A DNA stretch of 38,749 nt. Source: Candidatus Pacearchaeota archaeon. GTDB lineage: Archaea > Nanobdellota > Nanobdellia > Pacearchaeales > GW2011-AR1. Location of the stretch: positions 1 to 38,749 of the forward strand of contig JASFEO010000013.1 in the NCBI GenBank assembly GCA_050124795.1, given 5' to 3'. This document shows, piece by piece, positions 1-9,500 of the stretch (position 1 is the stretch's first letter; each line of letters starts with the position of its first letter). Both the position numbers and the translations under genes were made by a program. The notes beneath the pieces are model-generated. The model did no database searches. It saw only the letters and a program-made list of their open reading frames with translations, and was not told the DNA's origin.

Positions 1-124
1 AATCAAAAGAAAGTACGGCGGAGAAGTTCGGGCAAAGAAAATTAAGGGAATGCAAGCAGAAATATTTTTGAAAGGGATTGCACACAATTTAAGCCTTGCG
101 GCTTAGGAGATTTTCAGTGGAGCC
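1..124 (+). mobile_element. 3' end of an IS5-family-like insertion sequence (truncated by the window edge)
   Basis: Frame 2..106 reads IKRKYGGEVRAKKIKGMQAEIFLKGIAHNLSLAA*, resembling the C-terminal helix after the catalytic E of IS5/IS4-type DDE transposases. It is followed immediately by GAGATTTTCAGTGGAGCC (107-124), whose reverse complement starts GGCTC, as in many IS5-family terminal inverted repeats. Confidence 0.7.
2..106 (+). CDS. C-terminal fragment of a DDE transposase (partial)
   Basis: Manual translation; open from the window edge to TAG at 104-106; K-R-K-Y-G ... I-A-H-N-L pattern. Confidence 0.7.
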   Translation: MKRKYGGEVRAKKIKGMQAEIFLKGIAHNLSLAA

Positions 125-166
125 TATGAAACAAAAACATTTTATAATCAAAATAATTATCAACAT

Positions 167-1144
167 ATGAAAAAAGAAAAATTAAAAAATTATTTTTCAA
201 ATATTATTTTAATCTGGCTTGCATTTTTATTTTATAAAATTTTTTTTTATTACAAAAATTTCTTAAGACAAGAAACAATAACAGCGATTTTTTATTTATC
301 CCTTGCTTATACTCTCCTTGGATTTTTATTTTATTTTTTAACACCGTCGGCAAAGATACAAAAAAGCAGAGGAAGAAATGTTTTCTCATTAATAAAAAAA
401 TTATTCAAAAAACAAAAACCTTCCAAACAAGAAACAATTTCTCTATTATTCATTTTTGTAAAAATATTTTTCCTGCCTATTATGATTAATTTTGTTTTTG
501 GAAATTTCTCTTCAATAAAAAATCAAATATTAAATTTTAATAATTTTCCAAACTTGTCATTCATTGATTCATTTAATTTGATTGTCTTCCCGTTTCTCTT
601 AGCATTAATTTTTTTAATTGACACTTTATGGTTTTCATTTGGTTATTCAATTGAATCAAAAAAATTAAAAAATAAAGTCAGATCAGTTGAACCAACAATT
701 TTAGGCTGGACTGTTGCATTAATTTGTTATCCTCCGTTTAATGGATTTGCAACAAAATACCTAAATTGGTATGCAAGTGAATCTGTTTTGTTCTTCACAC
801 CAACAATAACATTCATAATGAGAATCTTAATAATTTTATTTCTCGGGATCTATGTTTCAGCAACACTTTCATTAGGAGCAAAATGTTCTAACTTAACAAA
901 CAGAGGAATTGTTTCAACTGGCGCTTATTCAATAGTCAGGCATCCGGCATATATTTCAAAAAATATCTCATGGTGGCTGATGATAATCCCTGTTTTATCA
1001 ATACCTGCAATTCTAAGTATGGGAACATGGTCAATAATATATCATTTAAGAACAATCACAGAAGAAAGACATTTGTCTCATGATCCAGATTACATAATTT
1101 ACAAAAATAAAGTTAAATATAGATATATCCCGGGGGTTTATTAA
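167..1144 (+). CDS. Isoprenylcysteine carboxyl methyltransferase (ICMT/PEMT)-like membrane methyltransferase
   Basis: Multi-TM protein with C-terminal G-x-Y-x-x-V-R-H-P-x-Y, EE-x-x-L and Y...V-x-x-R-Y-I-P motifs; TTTATAA at ~141-147. Confidence 0.8.
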   Translation: MKKEKLKNYFSNIILIWLAFLFYKIFFYYKNFLRQETITAIFYLSLAYTLLGFLFYFLTPSAKIQKSRGRNVFSLIKKLFKKQKPSKQETISLLFIFVKIFFLPIMINFVFGNFSSIKNQILNFNNFPNLSFIDSFNLIVFPFLLALIFLIDTLWFSFGYSIESKKLKNKVRSVEPTILGWTVALICYPPFNGFATKYLNWYASESVLFFTPTITFIMRILIILFLGIYVSATLSLGAKCSNLTNRGIVSTGAYSIVRHPAYISKNISWWLMIIPVLSIPAILSMGTWSIIYHLRTITEERHLSHDPDYIIYKNKVKYRYIPGVY

Positions 1145-1195
1145 TTTAATTTTGAGAATTAAAAAGTTCTATTAAAAGTGTTATATTCAATTTTA

Positions 1196-4100
1196 TTAGT
1201 TTTTCTTCTTAATAAACACAATTCCAAGAACAACCAAGATTAAAACTAAAACACAAATTCCAACTATCCAATAAACTTTAGAAGAACCAGTTCCTGCAGG
1301 AGTAATCTCTCCTTCTGTTTCTGCGATCTCTTTTGCAGTTTCTTCTTTTTCTTCTTCTGCTACTTCTGACTCAACAGTTATTTCTTCATGAATACTCTTC
1401 ACAGTTAAAGTAGCTGTTGCTCCGGTTGCATTAACTAAATCCAAAGTTACTAAAACATCATAAAAACTATCATCATTAACTTCAAATTTTCTCTCATCCC
1501 CAATAACCAAAGTTGCTTCCTGAGGCGTGCTTGAAACATTTATCTTCGCTGTTGAAGCTGTAACACTAATTAACTGAACACCGTGATAAACATTTTCAAC
1601 CATAAATCTTATCCTATCTAAAGCCCCAAGTTTCTTAGTATATCCATTGCTGAATTGAGCATCACTTATAACATAAGTTAAACCTCCGGTAGCTGTTCCT
1701 CCGCCACCGCCTCCAGAAGATGAAGAACTTGATGATGAACTGCTTGACGAAGAAGGGGTGCTTAAATAATATTTTGAAAATCCTAAAGTGGTTGGAACCT
1801 TGCAATTTGTCCCGCTTGCATTGCCTGAACATGATGAATAACTCGCAACATTTGAAGCATTTGTTCCATCATCAGCAGCCCATGTCAAAGTGTTGCTTGA
1901 ATTATACGCAACAGGAAAATTCAACTCAAGATAATCCCCGCTTCCGCCCATTCCAAGGTCGCTTAATAAAAAGTTCCATGCCTTTGTAGTTGAGTTCATT
2001 CCCAAGATTTCATTTTCTTCATCTGTAATAAACGCATTTTCAAAATCAAGAACCTTTGGTTTATACAAATCAACACCTGCAAAAGTCATGCTCAAGTCGC
2101 CCTTGTGAACAGTCACATTCATATTCTTTGAAACACTTGAATTAGTCTTAACACCAATATCATAAGTTGCCCCCCCAACAGTTGTTGTAAAATTTCCTCC
2201 ATAAATTGCTGTTCCATTTGAATCAGTTATATTCACAGTATAACCTGCCGGCAAATCCATCTTAAAAATAAATGGTTTATTCTCTTTCTTTGTAGTAAAA
2301 TTCAAACACTTGCTAGTTCCGCAATGCCCGCACGGGTCACACACTCTCATCTTATAAAAGTAAGCAGTATTATTAGTCAAACTATAATTAAGAGCATCTG
2401 AATCAATTGTTGCTCTATGGAATGGCTTGTAGTCATCAAAAGTTAATGTAGGGTCTCCAGTATCATTGATTGTAAAATTCAAAGTTGTGCATGTTGAACT
2501 ATTTCCATAAAACATTAAACTTCCATTCGCAGGTTCATCAGTATCATATTGAATAATCGCTGAATCAGCCATTTTGTCAATATTTGTAAAAGTCACTGTA
2601 GGAGCTTTGAAATCATTTGAACATAGTGAGTCCCAGTCAAAAGCAGTTCCTGATGCACATACCGGAGTGAATTGGCATTTAGGATCATCACAATCAGTAT
2701 AACCATCAGCATCGTCGTCATAACCATTCTTGCAATCTTCAAACACCTGAGTTCCAAACTTCTGGAAGTTCTTGCACTTTGCATCTTTTGTATTGGGGTC
2801 AGAACAATCTACAAAATCAAAATCAATTGTTCCGGGGGTATAATAAGCTGGTCCAACAGTATCCTCCCTTGCAGTTGAATTAAACCCATTAAAACTAACT
2901 GCCAAAATTCTCATAGGCTCTGTAATATCAAACAAATCAAAATTTTCAAATGCCTCTTTTTCAACACTTACAAATACTGCCCCCATCTTCGAATCCCAAC
3001 AAGTGAACTTTTTGTCATCAGTTACAAAAACATTCGTCGGAATCCAATTCCACCCTGAACTTGAATTTTCAACACATGAATAAAGTTTCTTAGTGGTCTG
3101 GATATTTCCAGTGTTAGAATTATTCCTCACAATATAATCAATATAAAATTCATAATACCCTGAGGAAGTTCCGCTTGCATCAGTTGCATAACAATGAGCA
3201 TTTACACTTGAATCTCCGTCAGTATCCAGATATAATCTCACCTTTGTAATATTCTGCCCGCTTCCTGTTGTGGGGTAACCACTAATATCATCGAAATCCA
3301 AATTATATCCATTACAAACTGCTGCATCAGTTAAATTATAAATCCCAACACCAAATCCATAAGCCTTGCCAGTCGCCCTCATTCCAAATCCTTTTATATC
3401 TGCCCATTGAACACCGGAATTTCCATCTCCTGCTGCATCAGGACCCAGGAAAAACATTTCTCCCTTCATATCCCCAACCATCTCATAGGTTCCTTTATCA
3501 TTGCACCAGCCATCAGCAGTCTCTCCTGTCACATTATTATCAATATTTGAATCATTAATCCATACACAAGTGTAATTCTTTAAATTGCATGCAGTATAAT
3601 TTCCATCATATTGCGGACACCCGGACTTTGTGTTTCCTCCTCCGCCCCCTCCTGAAAACATATCAAAGGTAGAGGGCATGCACATTTCTGTCTGGTCTCT
3701 CCATTCGCAGATTCCTCCTGTCATCCCATCACAACCAGATTCATTAAGACTCCAATTAAAGCAAGCAACATCACAAAATCCTTCTCCGGATTCCATCCAA
3801 TCTTCGTGTCTCCATATACAATTTGCATTTGCAGCACATGCTGTAGAATTGCTTCCTAAATTACTGCAATTAGAAAATAACTCATAATCACACCAGCCGC
3901 CAACACTCTGGCACCATGTATCATTTGGATTATTTATACACCAGGAATCATTTGTCCAACCGCAATTAGTCTGATCATTGCAATAAGATTCATTATCACT
4001 ATATTGCCAGCATTGAGCACTATCCATTGTTGTAGTATTTATATCGCAAAATCCTCCTCCCGAACCTCCTGCAAAACTTGATTCATTTGTGCAGCCAAGT

Positions 4101-6520
4101 ACTGTTCCGCAAGTTGCAGCATCTCCGTCAAACTGCCAGCAATTTTCTCCGGGCATTCCGCAATGACCTTCACTCTCCCATGTAAAATTATACCAAGTAC
4201 AATTCATATCTCCAAAAGCAATAGTCGCATTGCATGTCACATGGTTAGTTACAGAACCGCAGTCTGCAAAATTATTTCCTCCGCATGCATTATCAAAAGA
4301 ACAGTCAGGATCTGCGCAATCCATAAACCCATCATTATCATTGTCCACTGCATCAAAACAAACCTCCCCGTCAAAACTACTTGGCTTGCATACACTATTT
4401 GTCGCATCCCAGGTGCAATCAACATTAAGCGATGCAAAACAATCATTTTCTGAGTAACATGAAAAACAATCATCAGCACAGGTCTTTTTATTCTTATTAA
4501 CACAAGAACCTGTTGCTAGATAACTGCCGGATGAATTTGTGTTGTTAACCCACTTGCAGCTTGCCTGACTATCATTGCATGCAGTAAAAGCATTTGTTTT
4601 CAAATTACAATCCTTGCAATTCAAATTACAATCACCTGCGCCATAACTCATTTGTTCAGGATAATTACAATAACCTTTTCCATTTGGCGCATAAGAATCA
4701 TTTTCCCACTGGCAATATTCCAAACTTGAATTTGTGCAAGCTGATTCTGCTGCTGCCAGGTTCACCCAATTGCTTCCATTATATTGAAACTCGCATGCCC
4801 AGCAATCAGTATCGCAATTTCCTTTATTTCCTGCAGCCTGTCCAGCTAATGGATCATACAAAGCTCCTTTTTCACACCAGGAATCTTGTTTTAAAATATT
4901 ATTCTCAATATAATAAGAAGTCTGCCATGTTCCGCCTGAAGCAATACATGAATATTCAGTATTAATTACTAAAAAATCTTTTTCAGCAGTATCCCCTGAA
5001 CCAAAAACTGCATTTGGATTAAAAGAACAATTTATTGTCATTGCTCCCCCAATATTTGTCCAATTTTCATACCACTTGCACGGCATCATATAATTCACAG
5101 TTAAATTACCACAAAGAGATTGATTATTTTTCGCATCAGGATGCTCACAAAATGGAACAGGCGGTGCTGCTTTATTTTCACTACTTGTTCCGGGACTGCA
5201 AAATGCTCCTGTAATTGTGCTTGAATTACTCCATACACAATTTGGCAAAGGCCCATAATTGCATGCGCTTTTTATTTGAATATGAGTGCAATTTAAATTT
5301 ACTGAATTATCAACTAAACTCCCATTTCCATCAAAGTTTGCATAACTAACTGCATTATCCCAAGTACTGTGTCCCTCACAATAACCCGCTTGTTTGCGGG
5401 CGCAAAAATTATTTGAACTTGTATTATCTATTCCGTTTGGTCCGCCCCCTGCAACACAATAAACACAACCAGAAAGATTCCCGCAAACTGAAGGTTGATT
5501 ATCTGCAAACCAACAATGAGCATCTTCACCAAACATAAACGCTCCGCCGCTTGAAGTCATATTCGGCATAACACAACTTCCAGACATATCATACCAACCT
5601 CCCTGAGACATACATGAATCAGTATCATTATAAAAAGAAAAACCCCCGCCTCCACCCCCATAATCAGTACATAAATCATCTCCTGAAGCGTTAAATTCAC
5701 AAGGCATCATTAATTGCTGATTGAGGATATTGCAAAGTGTTTCATTGCTACCTGCCTCTGAACAACCTTTAGTATAACAGCATCCAACATCATCATAACA
5801 CCAAGGATCATTTGCTTTAGCGCTCCATGTGCAGGCATTCCCAAAAGCAGAATTCTCGCACTGAGTCTGATTGCCGTCATAAGTCCAGCATCCTTTTTGA
5901 TCACAGCACCCAATATCAGTTGTTGTCGCGAGAGAATTTTCATTTTGTGCATCAGATAATGTTTTTATCCAGCACCAGGGATTTTGATTTGCATCATTTG
6001 CTTTCCACTCGCATTTTTGAGAATTTGCAGAACTTGTGCAGGTATCCTTATCTCCGTCATACTGCCAACAACCAGATTCTGCCCCGCCCCAATCTCCTCC
6101 ACTTGAAGCCCAATCCATCATACAACCGCCGGTATAAAGAAGCGTTCCATTAGGATCCCAGATATTCATATAAGGATCCCATGTGCAATTTAAGATAGTT
6201 CCATTAGGATGGGCGCTTGTCCCATTGGCACACGAAGTCTGGTCTCCATCAAATTGCCAACACTCATTTGGAAAACAGCAATACTCCACATCCGCACAAA
6301 AAGGATCATAAATATCCGTAACTCCTCCGCTTCCATTTTGAGTTGCGTCATCAGATGCCCAAAGGCAACCCACATTATTACAAGTTGTTTTTGTCCCGCC
6401 ATTTAAAGAATTATATTGCCAACAATCAACCCACTCAGCAAAAACAAAATTCACAAAAAATAAAATAGAAAACACTAAAACTAGCGTCAATAAAACCCCT
6501 TTTAAATTTTCACCCCTCAT
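1196..6520 (-). CDS. 1774-aa Cys-rich cell-surface protein (signal peptide, repeated Cys modules, FN3-like domain, Ser/Gly linker, C-terminal TM anchor)
   Basis: N-terminal hydrophobic signal; recurring CWQ(Y/F)DG(D/N)xxxC units; two C-x-(D/N)-x-x-D-(N/D)-D-x-DG-x-x-DC-x-DP-x-C motifs; poly-Ser/Gly stretch; ends in a TM helix plus KKKN. Confidence 0.9.
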   Translation of the reverse strand: MRGENLKGVLLTLVLVFSILFFVNFVFAEWVDCWQYNSLNGGTKTTCNNVGCLWASDDATQNGSGGVTDIYDPFCADVEYCCFPNECWQFDGDQTSCANGTSAHPNGTILNCTWDPYMNIWDPNGTLLYTGGCMMDWASSGGDWGGAESGCWQYDGDKDTCTSSANSQKCEWKANDANQNPWCWIKTLSDAQNENSLATTTDIGCCDQKGCWTYDGNQTQCENSAFGNACTWSAKANDPWCYDDVGCCYTKGCSEAGSNETLCNILNQQLMMPCEFNASGDDLCTDYGGGGGGFSFYNDTDSCMSQGGWYDMSGSCVMPNMTSSGGAFMFGEDAHCWFADNQPSVCGNLSGCVYCVAGGGPNGIDNTSSNNFCARKQAGYCEGHSTWDNAVSYANFDGNGSLVDNSVNLNCTHIQIKSACNYGPLPNCVWSNSSTITGAFCSPGTSSENKAAPPVPFCEHPDAKNNQSLCGNLTVNYMMPCKWYENWTNIGGAMTINCSFNPNAVFGSGDTAEKDFLVINTEYSCIASGGTWQTSYYIENNILKQDSWCEKGALYDPLAGQAAGNKGNCDTDCWACEFQYNGSNWVNLAAAESACTNSSLEYCQWENDSYAPNGKGYCNYPEQMSYGAGDCNLNCKDCNLKTNAFTACNDSQASCKWVNNTNSSGSYLATGSCVNKNKKTCADDCFSCYSENDCFASLNVDCTWDATNSVCKPSSFDGEVCFDAVDNDNDGFMDCADPDCSFDNACGGNNFADCGSVTNHVTCNATIAFGDMNCTWYNFTWESEGHCGMPGENCWQFDGDAATCGTVLGCTNESSFAGGSGGGFCDINTTTMDSAQCWQYSDNESYCNDQTNCGWTNDSWCINNPNDTWCQSVGGWCDYELFSNCSNLGSNSTACAANANCIWRHEDWMESGEGFCDVACFNWSLNESGCDGMTGGICEWRDQTEMCMPSTFDMFSGGGGGGNTKSGCPQYDGNYTACNLKNYTCVWINDSNIDNNVTGETADGWCNDKGTYEMVGDMKGEMFFLGPDAAGDGNSGVQWADIKGFGMRATGKAYGFGVGIYNLTDAAVCNGYNLDFDDISGYPTTGSGQNITKVRLYLDTDGDSSVNAHCYATDASGTSSGYYEFYIDYIVRNNSNTGNIQTTKKLYSCVENSSSGWNWIPTNVFVTDDKKFTCWDSKMGAVFVSVEKEAFENFDLFDITEPMRILAVSFNGFNSTAREDTVGPAYYTPGTIDFDFVDCSDPNTKDAKCKNFQKFGTQVFEDCKNGYDDDADGYTDCDDPKCQFTPVCASGTAFDWDSLCSNDFKAPTVTFTNIDKMADSAIIQYDTDEPANGSLMFYGNSSTCTTLNFTINDTGDPTLTFDDYKPFHRATIDSDALNYSLTNNTAYFYKMRVCDPCGHCGTSKCLNFTTKKENKPFIFKMDLPAGYTVNITDSNGTAIYGGNFTTTVGGATYDIGVKTNSSVSKNMNVTVHKGDLSMTFAGVDLYKPKVLDFENAFITDEENEILGMNSTTKAWNFLLSDLGMGGSGDYLELNFPVAYNSSNTLTWAADDGTNASNVASYSSCSGNASGTNCKVPTTLGFSKYYLSTPSSSSSSSSSSSSSGGGGGGTATGGLTYVISDAQFSNGYTKKLGALDRIRFMVENVYHGVQLISVTASTAKINVSSTPQEATLVIGDERKFEVNDDSFYDVLVTLDLVNATGATATLTVKSIHEEITVESEVAEEEKEETAKEIAETEGEITPAGTGSSKVYWIVGICVLVLILVVLGIVFIKKKN

Positions 6521-6579
6521 TTTTAGTAGTAATTACAGAAAATACTTTAAAAAGTTTTTGTTGAAAAATTAAATCAAAA

Positions 6580-9500
6580 TTAACCAATCATCTGCCCGCT
6601 AATTTTTTCCTTTGATTTTAAAATTTCCTGCTCAAGCTCTTCAACATGCTCATCCTTTCCCTCGGCAAAATCTTCTTCTCCATTCATTCCTCCCTTCATC
6701 ATCATCCATAAAAAATCATTAAACAATTTATCAACATCTTTCTCTGCTTCCTTTGGAGTTATCTCTGCATCATTCACCATTCCCTTAATTTTAAAAAACA
6801 TCCCAATGCCTTTTCTTATTTCCTTTATCTTATTAATAGGACTTATCTTTCTCTGCGCCCAATCAGGAAACTCAACATTCTCCCCCTGCATTTCCTTTTC
6901 ACTTGTATAAATTATTTCATATAAATCCTTAAAATCAAGTTCAATTCTCACGTCCTCGCTAGGAACATTCTCCGGCAGCATTGGCTTGAACTTAATAATA
7001 TCCTCTTCATTAATAACTGCATATAAATTAAACACAACTGAATCTTCTTCATAATCAACAAATCTTACAACTGCATTAACCTCTCCGTAGTATTTCTCAC
7101 TTAATTTTCTAATCCTCTTCATAAAACCCTCGTCCTGCTTTATATTTTCTTTTTCTTCATCCTTCAGACCTCCCTCACTTTCCCTCTTCATTTTTTCTTC
7201 AGGCGAACCAGGAAACTCTTCATTCACCATAGCCTTTTTCAACTCATTCTTAATAAATTCTTCAGGAGGGAAAATCCAGACCTTCATATACGGAGTAATC
7301 ACTTCAACTTTCTCGTCATTAACAGTGTCGCCAAAAAACCTGCTGCTGCTTATTTCACTTATCTCTTCAAAATATTCTATTCTTCCATAATCAGTTTCAT
7401 AACTAAAATTAACTAATCTATAATCAAATGGAATCCCATTCATTCTTAAACAATTCATCCTCTCTGCCATTTGCCTTGAATTATCCACCACATTCCAGTA
7501 AAGTTCATAAATCCCTGATTGATGCTGCTCCCAGTCCTCAGCAGTGTTTGCAATATAAATTTCAAAAAACCATTTTGCAAATTCCCTATTCAATCCCTTC
7601 TCAAATTCACGTCGCTGTTTTATCAAATTTTCCAACTCCATTTTGCACCAATCAGTTTCTCCACCCTGATAATACTTATTTTTTAATTCCTGTATATCTT
7701 CAAATGGTTCTCCCCATCCATTAAACCACATATAACCTTCTGTCTTACCCTGGCTGGTTCTGCATCCCCCGCCAACTGAAAAAACTCCCTGCTCCTGTTT
7801 AGGCTCCTCCCACTCCGGCTCTATCCAAGTATCCTCTCCCTTTTTGCATTTTTCTTTGCACTCATCTTTACAAGTTTCCATATCAGCCCCACCCTCGCAT
7901 TCACTCTTGCATTCGTCTAATTCATCATCGCAATTTCCATCATCTAAACATCCTGATTCATGAACACATTTATCAACACAGGGTTTTACCAATCTATCAT
8001 CGCATTCCCTTTCGCATCTTTCATCACAATCCTCATGCCATTCATCCTTATGTTCTTCCCAATCCTCATCATTATCTTCCCAATTACCTTCCTGCTCTCC
8101 TTTTTCACCACACTCAACATCATAACCGCTTACACAACCATTCTCATCATAATTTTTTTCATACCAGCAATTCTCATTAACTTCCGGCGGGTCTCCTGCA
8201 TCAGGACAATCAGAATTTCCTTCACCTTCCTCATCGCCCCCATTATCATTTGGATTATCATTTGGATTATCTTCAGTACCATCGTTAGACCCTTCATCTG
8301 TATTAGGCTCGTCATCTGAATTATCAGAATCACTTTCAAAATTATCAGAATCTTCTGAAGAATCATCCTCAGATGAATCATCTTCAACAGTTCTTCCGGT
8401 TAATTTTAAAAAATTATTAAAGAAATTAAAAATAACACTTCCGGTTAAAGTTCCATCATTTGAAGATTCCTCATTAATTTCTTCTTCTTTTTCTTCTTTT
8501 TCTGCCCCCTTAAATTCTTTTCCGGATTTTTCTTCCTGATCTTTTTCTTCATGAACTTCTTTAAACTCTTTTTTATTTTCTTCCTCATGCTCAGCCTCTT
8601 CTTTTTCTAATTCTTCTTCAATCACTTCTAAACTTTCTTTAATTTTTTCTTCATCAATAAATTCATCGATATTTATTTCCTCTTCCTCTTCATTTTCAAC
8701 AACAACTGTATGAGGAATTGCGACACACTTTCCGTTGCTGCAAACATCATCTACCCCTCCGCAATCTTCTTTAACACTACACTCCTCACCAAAAACTTCC
8801 TTTTCATAAGAAACACAATCTTTTCCTTCCTGCACACATTTTATATTTTGAACATCCTCAACACAAGACATTGAAGCGACATCTTCCAATGGATAACAGC
8901 CATCTCCGCATTGAGTGCATTTTAAATCTTCAGAAACTTCACCTTCACATTCTGCGCCAGTTGTTTTCCAAATACCCTCAGAACAAATTTCGGAAATAAC
9001 TTCTTCACCTGCTTCACACTTTTTTATTTTTTCTTCACCATCAACACATTCTGACTCATTACATTCAGTTAATTTTTCAACAACACAAATTTTTTCTTCT
9101 GAACAAACTGCATCTCCGCACAAAGGATCAGCGCAATCAGAATCCTCCTCGCAAAACTCTGTTTCATTTAAGCAAATAGGTTTCAATGGACACCCACTTT
9201 CATCCTTCCCGCTAAAAATAACTTTGCCGTCACATTCAATTGCCCCATGCTCAGGACAGCTAACACAATCCTCAGGACAATAATCTTCTCCGCAATCAGC
9301 TGTTGCAAAACATTCTGTATCATTTTCACTGCACACAACACTCGAAGAAGAACAAACATTCTCCCCCTCCTCGCAAATATTGTTCCCGCAAACCTTCTCA
9401 GAAATTTTTTCTTCAAACTCCTTTGCCTGGCAAGTTCCCTTAATGCAATAAAGTTCAGTTGTTAGTTTAATAGTTTCATTATCAATAATTTCAGAAGTAA

